DNA of 64,000 nt from Candidatus Poribacteria bacterium (GCA_963663765.2 CAXXUA010000005.1:1376001-1440000), one strand, 5' to 3'. Positions 9,763 to 20,664 are shown, numbered from the stretch's first letter. Numbers and translations are program-made. Notes: generated by a model from the letters alone, not told the origin.

Positions 9763-11750
9763 CAGTGTTATTCAGTTTTAAGAGTCTTCTATTATTGAGA
9801 TTTACTAAAAGTTAATATCTAATTGTTGTAGATAAGGTTTCCTAACTGCACCTTTCGCATCAATTTTAGATTATTGAAACATGAACATCGGTCTTTAGTC
9901 CCGTAGGGACGATATGTTTATAGAAAACGAATACCCTCCCCAATTCTTTAGTCCCGTAGGGACGATATGTTTATTCTTCTATGCCGTTCCTACGGAACTC
10001 ATAGAGGAATGGGTAACATTTATCTATAAACATATCGTCTCTACGAGACTAAATGGTTCTTTCGGCAATTAATTTTAGCATAAAATAAAAGTTCAATGCT
10101 GAAGAACCCAGTAGTCATCTGTTTAAGTAGTAGATCATCAATGGACACATACAATAAATATATAGCAAGAAAACCACTAAAGACATAAACAAGATGACAT
10201 CGCATAAATTAACGTCATAGCAAAATAATATCAAAAATACCTAAAACTGAATAACCCTGATGAATTTGGCAGTGTTATTCAGTTTTAAGAGTCTTCTATT
10301 ATTTAGATTTACTAAAAGTTAATATCTAATTGTTGTAGATAAGGTTTCCTAACTGCACCTTTCGCATCAATTTTAGATTATTGAAACATGAACAACGGTC
10401 TTTAGTCCCGTAGGGACGATATGTTTATAGAAAACGAATACCCTCCCCAATTCTTTAGTCCCGTAGGGACGATATGTTTATTCTTCTATGCCGTTCCTAC
10501 GGAACTCATAGAGGAATGGATAACATTTATCTATAAACATATCGTCTCTACGAGACTAAAGACATAAACAAGATGACATCGCATAAATTAACGTCATAGC
10601 AAAATAATATCAAAAATACCTAAAACTGAATAACCTTGATAAATTTGGCAGTGTTATTCAGTTTTAAGAGTCTTCTATTATTGAGATTTACTAAAAGTTA
10701 ATATCTAATTTTTGTAGATAAGGTTTCCTAACTGCACCTTTTGCATCAATTTTAGATTATTGAAACATGAACATCGGTCTTTAGTCCCGTAGGGACGATA
10801 TGTTTATTCTTCTATGCCGTTCCTACGGAACTCATAGAGGAATGGGTAACATTTATCTATAAACATATCGTTCCTACGGAACTAAAGACATAAACAAGAT
10901 GACATCGCATAAATTAACGTCATAGCAAAATAATATCAAAAATACCTAAAACTGAATAACCTTGATGAATTTGGCAGTGTTATTCAGTTTTAAGAGTCTT
11001 CTATTATTGAGATTTACTAAAAGTTAATATCTAATTTTTGTAGATAAGGTTTCCTAACTGCACCTTTCGCATCAATTTTAGATTATTGAAACATGAACAT
11101 CGGTCTTTAGTCCCGTAGGGACGATATGTTTATAGAAAACGAATACCCTCCCCATGTCTTTAGTCCCGTAGGGACGATATGTTTATTCTTCTATGCCGTT
11201 CCTATGGAACTCATAGAGGAATGGATAACATTTATCTATAAACATATCGTTCCTACGGAACTAAAGACATAAACAAGATGACATCGCATAAATTAACGTC
11301 ATAGCAAAATAATATCAAAAATACCTAAAACTGAATAACCCTGATGAATTTGGCAGTGTTATTCAGTTTTAAGAGTCTTCTATTATTGAGATTTACTAAA
11401 AGTTAATATCTAATTGTTGTAGATAAGGTTTCCTAACTGCACCTTTTGCATCAATTTTAGATTATTGAAACATGAACATCGGTCTTTAGTCCCGTAGGGA
11501 CGATATGTTTATAGAAAACGAATACCCTCCCCATGTCTTTAGTCCCGTAGGGACGATATGTTTATTCTTCTATGCCGTTCCTATGGAACTCATAGAGGAA
11601 TGGATAACATTTATCTATAAACATATCGTTCCTACGGAACTAAAGACATAAACAAGATGACATCGCATAAATTAACGTCATAGCAAAATAATATCAAAAA
11701 TACCTAAAACTGAATAACCTTGATAAATTTGGCAGTGTTATTCAGTTTTA
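9763..11750. repeat. Five tandem copies (plus a partial sixth) of MITE family B (TIR CAG(G/T)GTTATTCAGTTTT), each carrying TTAGTCCCGTAGGGACGATATGTTTAT repeats
   Basis: Units start at ~9753, 10260, 10639, 10965, 11344, 11723 and are separated by the 10-bp AT(G/A)AATTTGG also present at the left flank. Confidence 0.88.
10054..10176. mobile_element. 123-bp MITE (TGGTT...AACCA) inserted in REP flank
   Basis: 5-bp duplication CTAAA on both sides; absent from neighbouring tandem units; inverted copy at 16999-17121. Confidence 0.85.
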
Positions 11751-11806
11751 TAAATTGCAAGTCCATGAGTTTTACCAATAGTCACTTATAATCGCATCAG
11801 TACAAA

Positions 11807-12225
11807 GTAGTAGAGACACTCCGTGGGTTCTCCGTGCTCCACTCTAAAAACGGCACGCGGAGCATGCCTACTACCATGTCTGACTATTGATTATTAGGGT
11901 TATTCAGTTTTAAGAATCTATCGTTATTCCAGTTAACTTTGGGTTAAGATTAGTGAATATATAGGGTTTTTGTGGTATTCTTTATTATTGTCTGAACCAG
12001 GATATTCAGGATTAGTAGATTATCAAGATATTTCTCATCAGATCTTATTCCAAAAGACGGCATAAACACATATCAAAAACCCTTGACGAGGTAAATCCTG
12101 AAAATCTGGTAATCCTGAAAATCCTGGTTCAGACAAAGAATGGGTTAACTCCCAAAAATAAACTAACTCAAGGATTAACAACTGTGATAGAATTTACTCA
12201 ATAAATTGAAAACTAAATAACCCTG
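11807..12225. repeat. Repeat cluster: GTAGTAG REP doublet (11807-11874), MITE-B-like element (11896-12225) enclosing TTGTCTGAACCAGGAT inverted repeat (11988-12136)
   Basis: Inverted repeats read directly; internal segment recurs at ~46650-46766. Confidence 0.65.
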
Positions 12226-12313
12226 CATTAAACACTTGATATCTTGACACCATTCTCACGTTAACATATACTAAAAGGACAAGTTTAGTTTAATCAGTTT
12301 TTCATTTATCTTA

Positions 12314-12541
12314 AACCCGACACTCCGCACTTCTGATTTGCGTTTTTCGATAATAATTTGATAAACCCGCGTGGAGACTATATTTAGCAAACAATTTCAA
12401 TTTAAAATGATAAAATAACAAGTTCGGTTTTGTCTCAAAATATAGAACTCAAAATCACCATTATTTTGTGCGAATCCTTGTGTGATACGGGTTTATCCCA
12501 ATATTATAAAAATGTATTAAAACAAGTGCGGAGTGTAGGTT
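12314..12541. mobile_element. ~225-bp MITE family H (TIR core TCCGCACTT/AAGTGCGGA)
   Basis: Alignable by eye over its whole length to the inverted copy at ~63611-63836. Confidence 0.75.
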
Positions 12542-12578
12542 AAACTAACTTTCAAATCTACTTTATAGGATGGTTTAT

Positions 12579-14327
12579 ATGAAAAAATTAATGAAAACAA
12601 CATTCGTTTTGGTGTTCTCACTCATGACCGTAGCATTCGCAGCCAATTTCACAGGTGATGTCAATAATGATGGCACCGTCAATATCCTTGACCTAACATT
12701 CATCGCTTCACATTTCGGTGAAAACATAGATGCATCCGAAGATCCGAACCCAGATGTCAATGGCGACGGCATTGTAGACATACGAGACTTAGTATTAGCA
12801 GCCAATCGTATTGGGCAAACCATCCCAGACAACACCCTCATTTTTGGGCGCGGCGGGGACTCCATCACGCTCAATCCACCGCAAGTGGAAGATGGTGAAT
12901 CCGCAAAAGTGTGTGATATGATATACGACACACTCGTACAATACAAAGCGAACACAACCGACCTTGAACCCGCATTAGCCACATCCTGGACACGTTCCGC
13001 AGACGCACTAACGTGGACATTCCACCTCCAAGAAGATGTCCAATTCCACGACGGTACCCCCTTCAACGCAGGAGCAGTAATTTTTTCACTCACACGTCCA
13101 CAAGTGCTGTTCCGAGAATTTCACGAACAATTTATCAGCGACATAAAAGCCATAAACAACTATACAGTGCAGATACAACTCAAGACACCTTATGCACCCT
13201 TCATCAGCACGTTGGCGGGGACATCGTTCTCCATCGTCAGTCCAACATCTCATCCAAACCTTGCAGAACATCCAGTAGGTACAGGTCCTTTCAAATTTGA
13301 AAAATGGGATAAAGGCGACAAAATCGTCCTTACAGCAAACGAGACATATTGGGCAGGTAAACCTGCATTAGATTGCCTCATCTTTAGATCCATACCAGAC
13401 AACGCAACACGCCTTGCAGAACTTCAGGCAGGCAACCTACACGTGATGGAATTCCCTAATACAGACGACATACCAACGATTCAAGGTGACCCACAACTTG
13501 AACTCCTCAAGCAGCCGAGTCTGAATACCGGTTATATTGCAATGAACATGGAGAAACCACCTTTTGATAACATCAAAGTCCGCCTTGCGATTAACCATGC
13601 GATTAACAAAGTTGACATCATTGAACGTCTCTATCAAGGTTTAGGAATTCCTGCGAAGAATCCTATCCCACCAACACTGTGGAGCTATGACGATACAATA
13701 GAGGACTACGCCTACGACCCAGAACTCGCAAAGCAGCTCCTCGCTGAAGCAGGATATCCTGACGGATTTGACACAACGCTCTGGTCATTACCCGTGCCGC
13801 GCCCTTACATTCCTAACGGGATGGCACTGGCAGAGGAGATTCAATCGGATCTACAAAATGTCGGCATCAACGCAAGTATTATCACTTACGACTGGGCAAC
13901 CTATTTGAACAAAACTGCAAACGGGGAACACGACATGGCGATGTTAGGTTGGATCGCCGATGTAGCAGACCCTGATAACTTTTTCTATTCGCTTTTGAGT
14001 ATTCCCAATGCAGAGAAACCCGCATATAATATCTCGTTTTATCGAAACGAGACGTTGCAAACAATACTGGATCGCGCCAGAATGAGCACTGACGCAGACA
14101 TCGCAACGTTAGAAGCACAAGAGGATGATAGGTTTGTCGGAGGAACAATTACGGACCGAGATGTGCGCACCCGACTTTATCAGCAAGCACAAGCCATCGT
14201 CCACAGAGACGCACCGTGGGTGCCATTGGCACATGCACAACGCATCTTGGTGGTAAACACAGATGTCAAGAACATCAATCTTTCACCGTTAGGATGGAAA
14301 TACCTGCGTACCGCATCTTTTGAATAA
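12579..14327 (+). CDS. Dockerin-domain / ABC peptide substrate-binding protein (SBP family 5, DppA-like) fusion
   Basis: Signal peptide; two DVNxDGxVxIxDL dockerin repeats; FHDGTPF, PVGTGPF, VRLAINHAIN SBP_bac_5 motifs. Confidence 0.9.
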   Translation: MKKLMKTTFVLVFSLMTVAFAANFTGDVNNDGTVNILDLTFIASHFGENIDASEDPNPDVNGDGIVDIRDLVLAANRIGQTIPDNTLIFGRGGDSITLNPPQVEDGESAKVCDMIYDTLVQYKANTTDLEPALATSWTRSADALTWTFHLQEDVQFHDGTPFNAGAVIFSLTRPQVLFREFHEQFISDIKAINNYTVQIQLKTPYAPFISTLAGTSFSIVSPTSHPNLAEHPVGTGPFKFEKWDKGDKIVLTANETYWAGKPALDCLIFRSIPDNATRLAELQAGNLHVMEFPNTDDIPTIQGDPQLELLKQPSLNTGYIAMNMEKPPFDNIKVRLAINHAINKVDIIERLYQGLGIPAKNPIPPTLWSYDDTIEDYAYDPELAKQLLAEAGYPDGFDTTLWSLPVPRPYIPNGMALAEEIQSDLQNVGINASIITYDWATYLNKTANGEHDMAMLGWIADVADPDNFFYSLLSIPNAEKPAYNISFYRNETLQTILDRARMSTDADIATLEAQEDDRFVGGTITDRDVRTRLYQQAQAIVHRDAPWVPLAHAQRILVVNTDVKNINLSPLGWKYLRTASFE

Positions 14328-14351
14328 GTGATGTATTGTGGAAAAGTTTGT

Positions 14352-14465
14352 AATACCAATTCAAATAAATCTTGTCTCATTAAGGAATTCTACTGTTTAC
14401 TGGCAGGAGGTCGCTCCTACCAGATTTCCGCTGCTAATGAGACATTATCACATGAAATATGTATA
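14352..14465. mobile_element. MITE family C (ATACCA...TGGTAT type), degenerate copy
   Basis: Reverse complement of the elements at 44518 and 49149. Confidence 0.65.
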
Positions 14466-14654
14466 ATATCATTTCAAACGTGAGTTGAGGTGTGTAAAGT
14501 CTTAGCATGGTGCAATCTGTGTAATCCGAGATTCTGTCTGTGAAAAATTTTACACACCAATTATATTGATTATGAATGTTAGGTATGTTATTATCTCCCA
14601 CAAATAACTGCAACATATTAGTGCTGCCGCAGCATATTATACACTTTCTAATCC

Positions 14655-14999
14655 ATGAAACCATCAAGAGAGCAAACCTATCCACAACCATACATAGACA
14701 TGTGTCAGCACCCCGCAATTCAGGCACTAAAACCCAACACAGTACACACCAATGATGTTTGGATACCCACTTCTGAACAACTGCACGAACTCTTAAACCA
14801 AGAACTTCCATATCCAGAACGTTCCAGTTTCAAACGGACTGCTAACGGTTGGGAATACCAAACCTATTTTCGTGAATGGGCGGATGATTACGGCACCTAT
14901 ATTGACACACACCGACAATTTGTTGGACCTCATGCAGAATCCGTGCTTATGCAAGTGCTAATCGCATTACTCGGAATTGAGGAACGATGGATGGTTTAA
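14655..14999 (+). CDS. Hypothetical protein
   Basis: ATG ORF with protein-like composition, 6 bp upstream of next ORF. Confidence 0.6.
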   Translation: MKPSREQTYPQPYIDMCQHPAIQALKPNTVHTNDVWIPTSEQLHELLNQELPYPERSSFKRTANGWEYQTYFREWADDYGTYIDTHRQFVGPHAESVLMQVLIALLGIEERWMV

Positions 15000-15026
15000 A
15001 AAGAAATGACTTTCAAGGAGAGATCT

Positions 15027-15737
15027 ATGACATTTACAGTATTATTGGCAACGATTCGAGAATATAAACAAGCAGGAATTAACGACCTAAACATACTCAC
15101 AACGCTTCTCAATGACACATTCGGTGATTGGCTAATGTCTCAAGGTGTCAGTCATCTGGAGATGTTAGACGTAAACAAATTGTGCTTGAACATCGCAGGA
15201 CAACTTCATGAACACAATCCAACAAGAGCCATTCAACTATTCTCCAGATTTCTTGTGATTTCACTTGACAAGGAGATAGAGAATCCTGAAACCATATCTG
15301 ATGCACTCAAGAACTACATTTCAGAAGGTGATGGGACTTATGTTTGGGTGATTCCCGACGGTTACATGGCAGGTTTGACTGAAGCTGAACAAGAATGGGA
15401 ACAGCACGGTGGCGGGTATTTCTCACATGAATCTATCTGCATTTCCAATACTGCAGACATTGACACGCGGTGTGTCTTAGAGGTGCTTTACGAAGATACT
15501 GCTATGGAAAATGTCTCTTGTGAATTTGACGTTCCTGCACATAGATCGGTGCATTACCGTTTAGACAAACTGAAGGACCCGAACGGTGAACCGTTGATTG
15601 CAAAAGATGCACCCGTGAGTTATAAAATCACAAGTCTTGATGCACGGATTGTTGTACAAGGGTCGCGCATTCTAACAAGCGGTGAGAACAGCATGTTCGC
15701 AAGTTTTGGCACAGTGATGGCTTGGTGTCCACAATAA
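15027..15737 (+). CDS. Protein with C-terminal sensory rhodopsin transducer (ASRT)-like domain and N-terminal helical extension
   Basis: WVIPDGY, SHESICISN, VPAHRSVHYRL, IVVQ match ASRT-family motifs; SD AAGGAG before 15027. Confidence 0.7.
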   Translation: MTFTVLLATIREYKQAGINDLNILTTLLNDTFGDWLMSQGVSHLEMLDVNKLCLNIAGQLHEHNPTRAIQLFSRFLVISLDKEIENPETISDALKNYISEGDGTYVWVIPDGYMAGLTEAEQEWEQHGGGYFSHESICISNTADIDTRCVLEVLYEDTAMENVSCEFDVPAHRSVHYRLDKLKDPNGEPLIAKDAPVSYKITSLDARIVVQGSRILTSGENSMFASFGTVMAWCPQ

Positions 15738-15768
15738 TCTGCACTATGCTAAAACAAGATGCGCGTTG

Positions 15769-16797
15769 TTATGATCGAGAAAATGACTCCCATTTATCTT
15801 CTTGTACATCTTCAGTGTTTTTCAGAATTCTTTCCCACCATTCTTGGTTTTCAGCATACCATTGAATTGTCTCACGCATGCCTTGCTCATAAGAGATTTT
15901 CGGTTGCCACCCAAGTTCATTGTGAATCTTTGTTGAGTCCAAAAGGTATCGGCAATCGTGACCGGGTCTGTCAGGCACATAAGTCTTCAAACTTTGTGGT
16001 TTACCGAGTGCATCTAAAATAAAATCACTAATCTCCTCAATGCTTTTCTCAACGCCACTGCCAATGTTATATGTTTCACCAATCTTTCCGTTGAAGATAA
16101 CCTTTGCTATTGCTTGGCAATGGTCATCAACATGCAACCACTCCCTTCTGTTATGACTACTTCGGTATAACGTCAATTGCAAATCCTGAAGGGCTTTCGT
16201 TGTAAAGAGTGGTATAAGTTTTTCCGGATGTTGGTAGGGTCCGTAATTATTGCAGCTGTTAGAAATCGTTATCGGCAGTCCAAAACTGTGGAAATACGCG
16301 TTGACAAGATGATCTGCTGATGCTTTAGAGGCGTTATAGGGTGTTTGTGGACGGTAAGGAGCAGCTTCATCAAACGCATCAGGTGAGTACATTTCCAGTT
16401 CACCGTATACTTCACATGTTGATATGTGGTGGAACCGCGGCACATTGTGTTCACGGGCAGCATCCAACAAAACTTGCGTACCTATCACATTCGTTTCAAA
16501 AAACTCACGCGGTTGCAAAATTGCACGGCTATTGTGTGATTCTGCGGCAAAATTGACAATCACATCCGGTTGGTGTGTTTCCATAAGTTCTGAAACAAAC
16601 ACATCATCAAGAATGTCACCTTGAGCAAACGCATATCTATCCGTATATGCTAATACAACATCTGTTAGGTTAGAGAGATTTCCGGCATACGTCAGCCGGT
16701 CAAGGTTAACTATAGCATCATCAGGATACGCCTTGAGCCAGAACCTGATAAAGTTGGTACCAATGAAACCAGCACCACCTGTAACTAATAATTTCAT
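15769..16797 (-). CDS. rfbB: dTDP-glucose 4,6-dehydratase
   Basis: VTGGAGFIG, LTYAGN, AAESH, YNASKA, NNYGPYQHPEKLIP, DRPGHD. Confidence 0.93.
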   Translation of the reverse strand: MKLLVTGGAGFIGTNFIRFWLKAYPDDAIVNLDRLTYAGNLSNLTDVVLAYTDRYAFAQGDILDDVFVSELMETHQPDVIVNFAAESHNSRAILQPREFFETNVIGTQVLLDAAREHNVPRFHHISTCEVYGELEMYSPDAFDEAAPYRPQTPYNASKASADHLVNAYFHSFGLPITISNSCNNYGPYQHPEKLIPLFTTKALQDLQLTLYRSSHNRREWLHVDDHCQAIAKVIFNGKIGETYNIGSGVEKSIEEISDFILDALGKPQSLKTYVPDRPGHDCRYLLDSTKIHNELGWQPKISYEQGMRETIQWYAENQEWWERILKNTEDVQEDKWESFSRS

Positions 16798-16872
16798 GTT
16801 TGTCCTTAAGTCCAACGTTCTTGAATGACAATATCCTATCAGAAACTTAAATAAAGTGTCAATGTAATTGTT

Positions 16873-17359
16873 CAGGGTTATTCAGTTTTAGGAGTTTTCT
16901 GTTATTGAGATTTACTGAAAGTTAATACCCAAATGAGGTTCCTAACTGCACCTTATACATCAATTTTAGATTATTGAAACATGAACATCGCTCTTTAGTG
17001 GTTTTCTTGCTATGTATTTATTGTATGTTTCCATTGATGATCTCCTACTTAAACAGATGACTACTGGGTTCTTTAGCATTGGACTTTTATTTTATGCTAA
17101 AATTAATTGCCGAAAGAACCATTTAGTCCCGTAGGGACGATATGTTTATAGAAAACGAATACCCTCCCCAGCTCTTTAGTCCCGTAGGGACGATATGTTT
17201 ATTCTTCTATGCCGTTCCTACGGAACTCAAGAGAGTTAGATAACATTTTTCTATAAACATATCGTCCCTACGGGACTAAAGACACGGACAAGATGGCAAC
17301 ACATAAAATTAACGTCATAGCAAAAAATCATCAAAAATACCTAAAACTAAATAACCCTG
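16873..17359. mobile_element. MITE family B with nested 123-bp MITE (16999-17121)
   Basis: CAGGGTTATT...AATAACCCTG TIRs; 9-bp duplication GTAATTGTT; nested element flanked by TTTAG duplication. Confidence 0.88.
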
Positions 17360-17366
17360 GTAATTG

Positions 17367-17395
17367 TTGACAAAAAAACGTATACAATATAAAAT
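17367..17395 (+). promoter_or_regulatory. Putative sigma70 promoter TTGACA-N17-TAAAAT
   Basis: Near-consensus hexamers upstream of GGAGG and ATG 17424. Confidence 0.6.
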
Positions 17396-17423
17396 AAGGT
17401 CAACACTACGGGGAGGTGAAACA

Positions 17424-18362
17424 ATGCGACAGCGTAAATTTGGTAAAACAGGATTGATCGTCTCCGAAATCGGTATGGGAACATGGGAACTCGGGGGCCG
17501 TGAATGGGGAGACATCGGCGAAAAAGTTGCAGTTGATCTCTTACGATACGCTTTTGAAAAGGGTGTCAGCTTTTACGATACCGCGGACCAATACGGTGGT
17601 GGACGCGCTGAACGTCTACTCGGTGAGGCTTTTTCAGTACTCGGAAACAGGGTTGTCATTGCAACGAAACTCGGCTATGAATTGGACTCCGATGGGTGGA
17701 TGAGTCAAGGTGGCAAAGTTCCTTCCTATAATGCATCGCGCAGTTACATTCGTCAAGCCGTTGAAGGCAGCCTCTCACGTTTGAAAAGAGATGCTATAGA
17801 CATCTATCAATTTCATGCACCACCCCCAGCTGAAGTTTGGGATGAAGCATTCGGCACGATGGAAGATCTCAAAACCGAAGGCAAAATCCGTTTTTATGGA
17901 TTGTGTCTCGGAAATCAGGAACAGGCACTTAAAGCAATCGCAGAAACTGACATATCGTCCTTGATGCTCACCTACAACATGCTGAATCAAGGTATGGCAA
18001 AACCAGTGATGGAAACAGCAGCGGAAAATGGAATTGCAGTTGTTGCACGTCAACCATTATCATCAGGACTGCTTACGGGGCAGCTCACACCAGAAACCGA
18101 GTTCGCTGAAAACGACTATCGGAAGACATGGCCCCGTGAAAAACTTATCGCTGATTTAGAACGTGTGGAACAGATTAAATCCATTGTCAAGGGTAAAACG
18201 AAAAGCCTCCCACAAGCAGCACTCAAGTTTATCTTGGCGCATCCCGCGGTCAGTTGTGTAATCCCGGGTATGATGACACCTGCACAAGTTGATGACGGTA
18301 CTTCTACATCTGGGACATCCCCCCTACCTGCTGCTGTCCTGAAAAAACTACGCGACAATTAG
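17424..18362 (+). CDS. Aldo/keto reductase
   Basis: GMGTW, FYDTADQYG, IATK, IDIYQFH, VIPG motifs; SD GGAGG. Confidence 0.92.
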   Translation: MRQRKFGKTGLIVSEIGMGTWELGGREWGDIGEKVAVDLLRYAFEKGVSFYDTADQYGGGRAERLLGEAFSVLGNRVVIATKLGYELDSDGWMSQGGKVPSYNASRSYIRQAVEGSLSRLKRDAIDIYQFHAPPPAEVWDEAFGTMEDLKTEGKIRFYGLCLGNQEQALKAIAETDISSLMLTYNMLNQGMAKPVMETAAENGIAVVARQPLSSGLLTGQLTPETEFAENDYRKTWPREKLIADLERVEQIKSIVKGKTKSLPQAALKFILAHPAVSCVIPGMMTPAQVDDGTSTSGTSPLPAAVLKKLRDN

Positions 18363-18371
18363 GGAGAGCGA

Positions 18372-18677
18372 ATGAAGGTTATTGCCGATTTGTGTGTTGT
18401 CCCTATGGGTGTTGGAGTTTCTGTCTCAAAATATGTCACTGCATGCGAAAAAGTGTTGAAAGAAGCAGGCCTGAAGACAAAGTTGCACGCTTACGGCACA
18501 AACATTGAAGGTGAATGGGATGTCGTGTTTACCGCAATAAAGACGTGTCATGAAGTCGTGCATGAGATGGGCGCACCACGTATTACAACAACCTTGAAGT
18601 TTGGCACACGTATTGACAGAACCCAAACTATGGAAGATAAGGTCAACAGCGTTCAGAAAAAGTTAGCTGAAAATTAA
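18372..18677 (+). CDS. MTH1187-family thiamine-binding protein
   Basis: VVPMG..SVSKYV, GTNIEGEWD, APRI...TRxDR motifs. Confidence 0.88.
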   Translation: MKVIADLCVVPMGVGVSVSKYVTACEKVLKEAGLKTKLHAYGTNIEGEWDVVFTAIKTCHEVVHEMGAPRITTTLKFGTRIDRTQTMEDKVNSVQKKLAEN

Positions 18678-18777
18678 ATGTCTTGAATTCTAACTTTGCT
18701 TATGATATAGTGTCTGAAACTACTCGTTAAGTCCTAACGTGACTTGAAACATAAGATTTTTTAAAAAGGAGGAAAAT

Positions 18778-19614
18778 TTGAAGAAAATTTTCTTATTTAC
18801 ACTGACAATTGTTTTCGCACTTGTGATGTTTTTGGGTATTTCTAACCTCGCTATAGCGCAAACAGTTAATATTACTGATGGTCCCTTGACAGACGCAAAC
18901 AAATTAACTAATCCACCAGGTATAGGTAACGGACAACAAGGAGATATACATGATGTTACTACCTGGATTGCGAAATGGTATGGTCTCACTGGGAACTATA
19001 CAGAAAATGGTGGTTTTGGTACTTCTGCATCAATGGATCTCATGTCTATCGGCACAGGTGGAGAGATTACTGATGTCTCACTCTCCACAATAAGCGGACT
19101 GCGAAAAACAAGGGATACCAATGTTGACTGGGGTGCTGCACATGGTGGTATGCGATCTTGGACAGTTTTTACAATTGACCCAAATAGCGGTACCAATATG
19201 GACCGAGGGGGACCAGCCGGTAATTTTGATCATTATGGTATCCTTGTTATTGATGCACCCCAAAACATGACTTCTGTGATGTCTCCCGCACATGACGATC
19301 ATGCACAGATATGGATTAACGGTGAGAAATGGTATAACAACTCCTTATGGACTGGAAACGTCAAAAAAGTTGCATGCAACATTGATGTTGACTTAAAAAA
19401 AGGAACTAACGTGCTTGTCTTTCGTTGTGGTGAAGGCGGCGGTTCGTCATACTTCAACTTACATTTTGATAACGCAACCCACGCTGCTGTCACTATCTAT
19501 CCCAATACGGCAGCAGATAAGGATTCATTCTTTGCAGAAATTGACAGTATTTTACCGGTTGAACCGCTTGAAAAACTGACGACAACATGGGCAGATATCA
19601 AGCAAAAACGGTAA
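18778..19614 (+). CDS. Secreted jelly-roll/PA14-like protein, paralog 1, with KLTTTW tail
   Basis: SD AAGGAGG + TTG; signal peptide; HDDHAQIWINGE and LKKGxN motifs. Confidence 0.78.
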   Translation: MKKIFLFTLTIVFALVMFLGISNLAIAQTVNITDGPLTDANKLTNPPGIGNGQQGDIHDVTTWIAKWYGLTGNYTENGGFGTSASMDLMSIGTGGEITDVSLSTISGLRKTRDTNVDWGAAHGGMRSWTVFTIDPNSGTNMDRGGPAGNFDHYGILVIDAPQNMTSVMSPAHDDHAQIWINGEKWYNNSLWTGNVKKVACNIDVDLKKGTNVLVFRCGEGGGSSYFNLHFDNATHAAVTIYPNTAADKDSFFAEIDSILPVEPLEKLTTTWADIKQKR

Positions 19615-19783
19615 TTGAAAAAAACGTTTAATTTATATTGACATTTTTTTGCCAATATAATATTATGTTTGTTGTAATGTTGAACTATATTTCAACGTTT
19701 TATAACCTATATAGGAAAATCTGGGTTAAGTCTTTAGTTTAACCCAATATCATAACTATCTAATCTATAGAGAAGGATAAAAA

Positions 19784-20611
19784 ATGAGAAAATTTAATAC
19801 GCTTGCTATAGCAATTGCTATTGTTTTTGGGTTAGTGTTAATCGGTTCTAATCCGGTTATGGCACAAACAATTACCATCAGTGATGGTCCATTGACTGAA
19901 GAAAACCTTTTAGTTAATCCGGAAGGGGCAGGACAATCTGGCGATATACATGATGTTGATACTTGGATCACCAAATGGTACGGTCCGGATGGAAACTATA
20001 CAGAAAATGGTGGATTTGGCACTTCTGCGTCAATGGATCTTATGTCTATCGGCACAAGTGAAAAAATTACCGACATATCACTTTCAACGCTTGATGGATT
20101 GCTGATGACTCAAGACGTTGATGTTGAATGGGGAGATACTCATGGTGGTACGCGCGGCTGGACAGTCTATGAAATTGATCCAAATGCCGGTGACAATATG
20201 GACAGAGGAGGTCCTGTAGGTAATTTTGATCTCTATGGTGTTCTTGTTATCGATTCACCAGAGGATATGACCTCTACGATGTCCCCCGCGCACGATGACC
20301 ATGCACAGATATGGATTAACGGTGAGAAATGGTATAACAACTCCTTGTGGACTGGTAACGTCAAAAAGGTACAATTCAACATTGAAGTTAGTTTGAAAAA
20401 AGGTGCTAATGTGTTAGTCTATCGTTGTGGAGAAGGCGGAGGTTCATCATACTTCAACTTACACTTTGATGATGCGACCCATGCTGCTGCTACTATCTAT
20501 CCGAAAGATGCGACAGACAAAGCAAGTTTCTTTGAAGAAATCGCACCGATAACCGCTGTTGAAGCCGCAGGCAAACTGACCACAATTTGGGCAGACATCA
20601 AACGGAAATAG
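19784..20611 (+). CDS. Secreted jelly-roll/PA14-like protein, paralog 2, with KLTTIW tail
   Basis: Close paralog of 18778-19614; signal peptide. Confidence 0.78.
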   Translation: MRKFNTLAIAIAIVFGLVLIGSNPVMAQTITISDGPLTEENLLVNPEGAGQSGDIHDVDTWITKWYGPDGNYTENGGFGTSASMDLMSIGTSEKITDISLSTLDGLLMTQDVDVEWGDTHGGTRGWTVYEIDPNAGDNMDRGGPVGNFDLYGVLVIDSPEDMTSTMSPAHDDHAQIWINGEKWYNNSLWTGNVKKVQFNIEVSLKKGANVLVYRCGEGGGSSYFNLHFDDATHAAATIYPKDATDKASFFEEIAPITAVEAAGKLTTIWADIKRK

Positions 20612-20629
20612 TTTTTATCGTTCATGAGA

Positions 20630-20664
20630 GTAGGCGCGCTTACATAGCGCGCCTTTTTCTTTTT
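20630..20664 (+). terminator. REP-like hairpin GTAGGCGCGC-TTACATA-GCGCGCC followed by T tract; likely intrinsic terminator
   Basis: GC stem plus TTTTTCTTTT immediately after gene 19784-20611. Confidence 0.65.
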
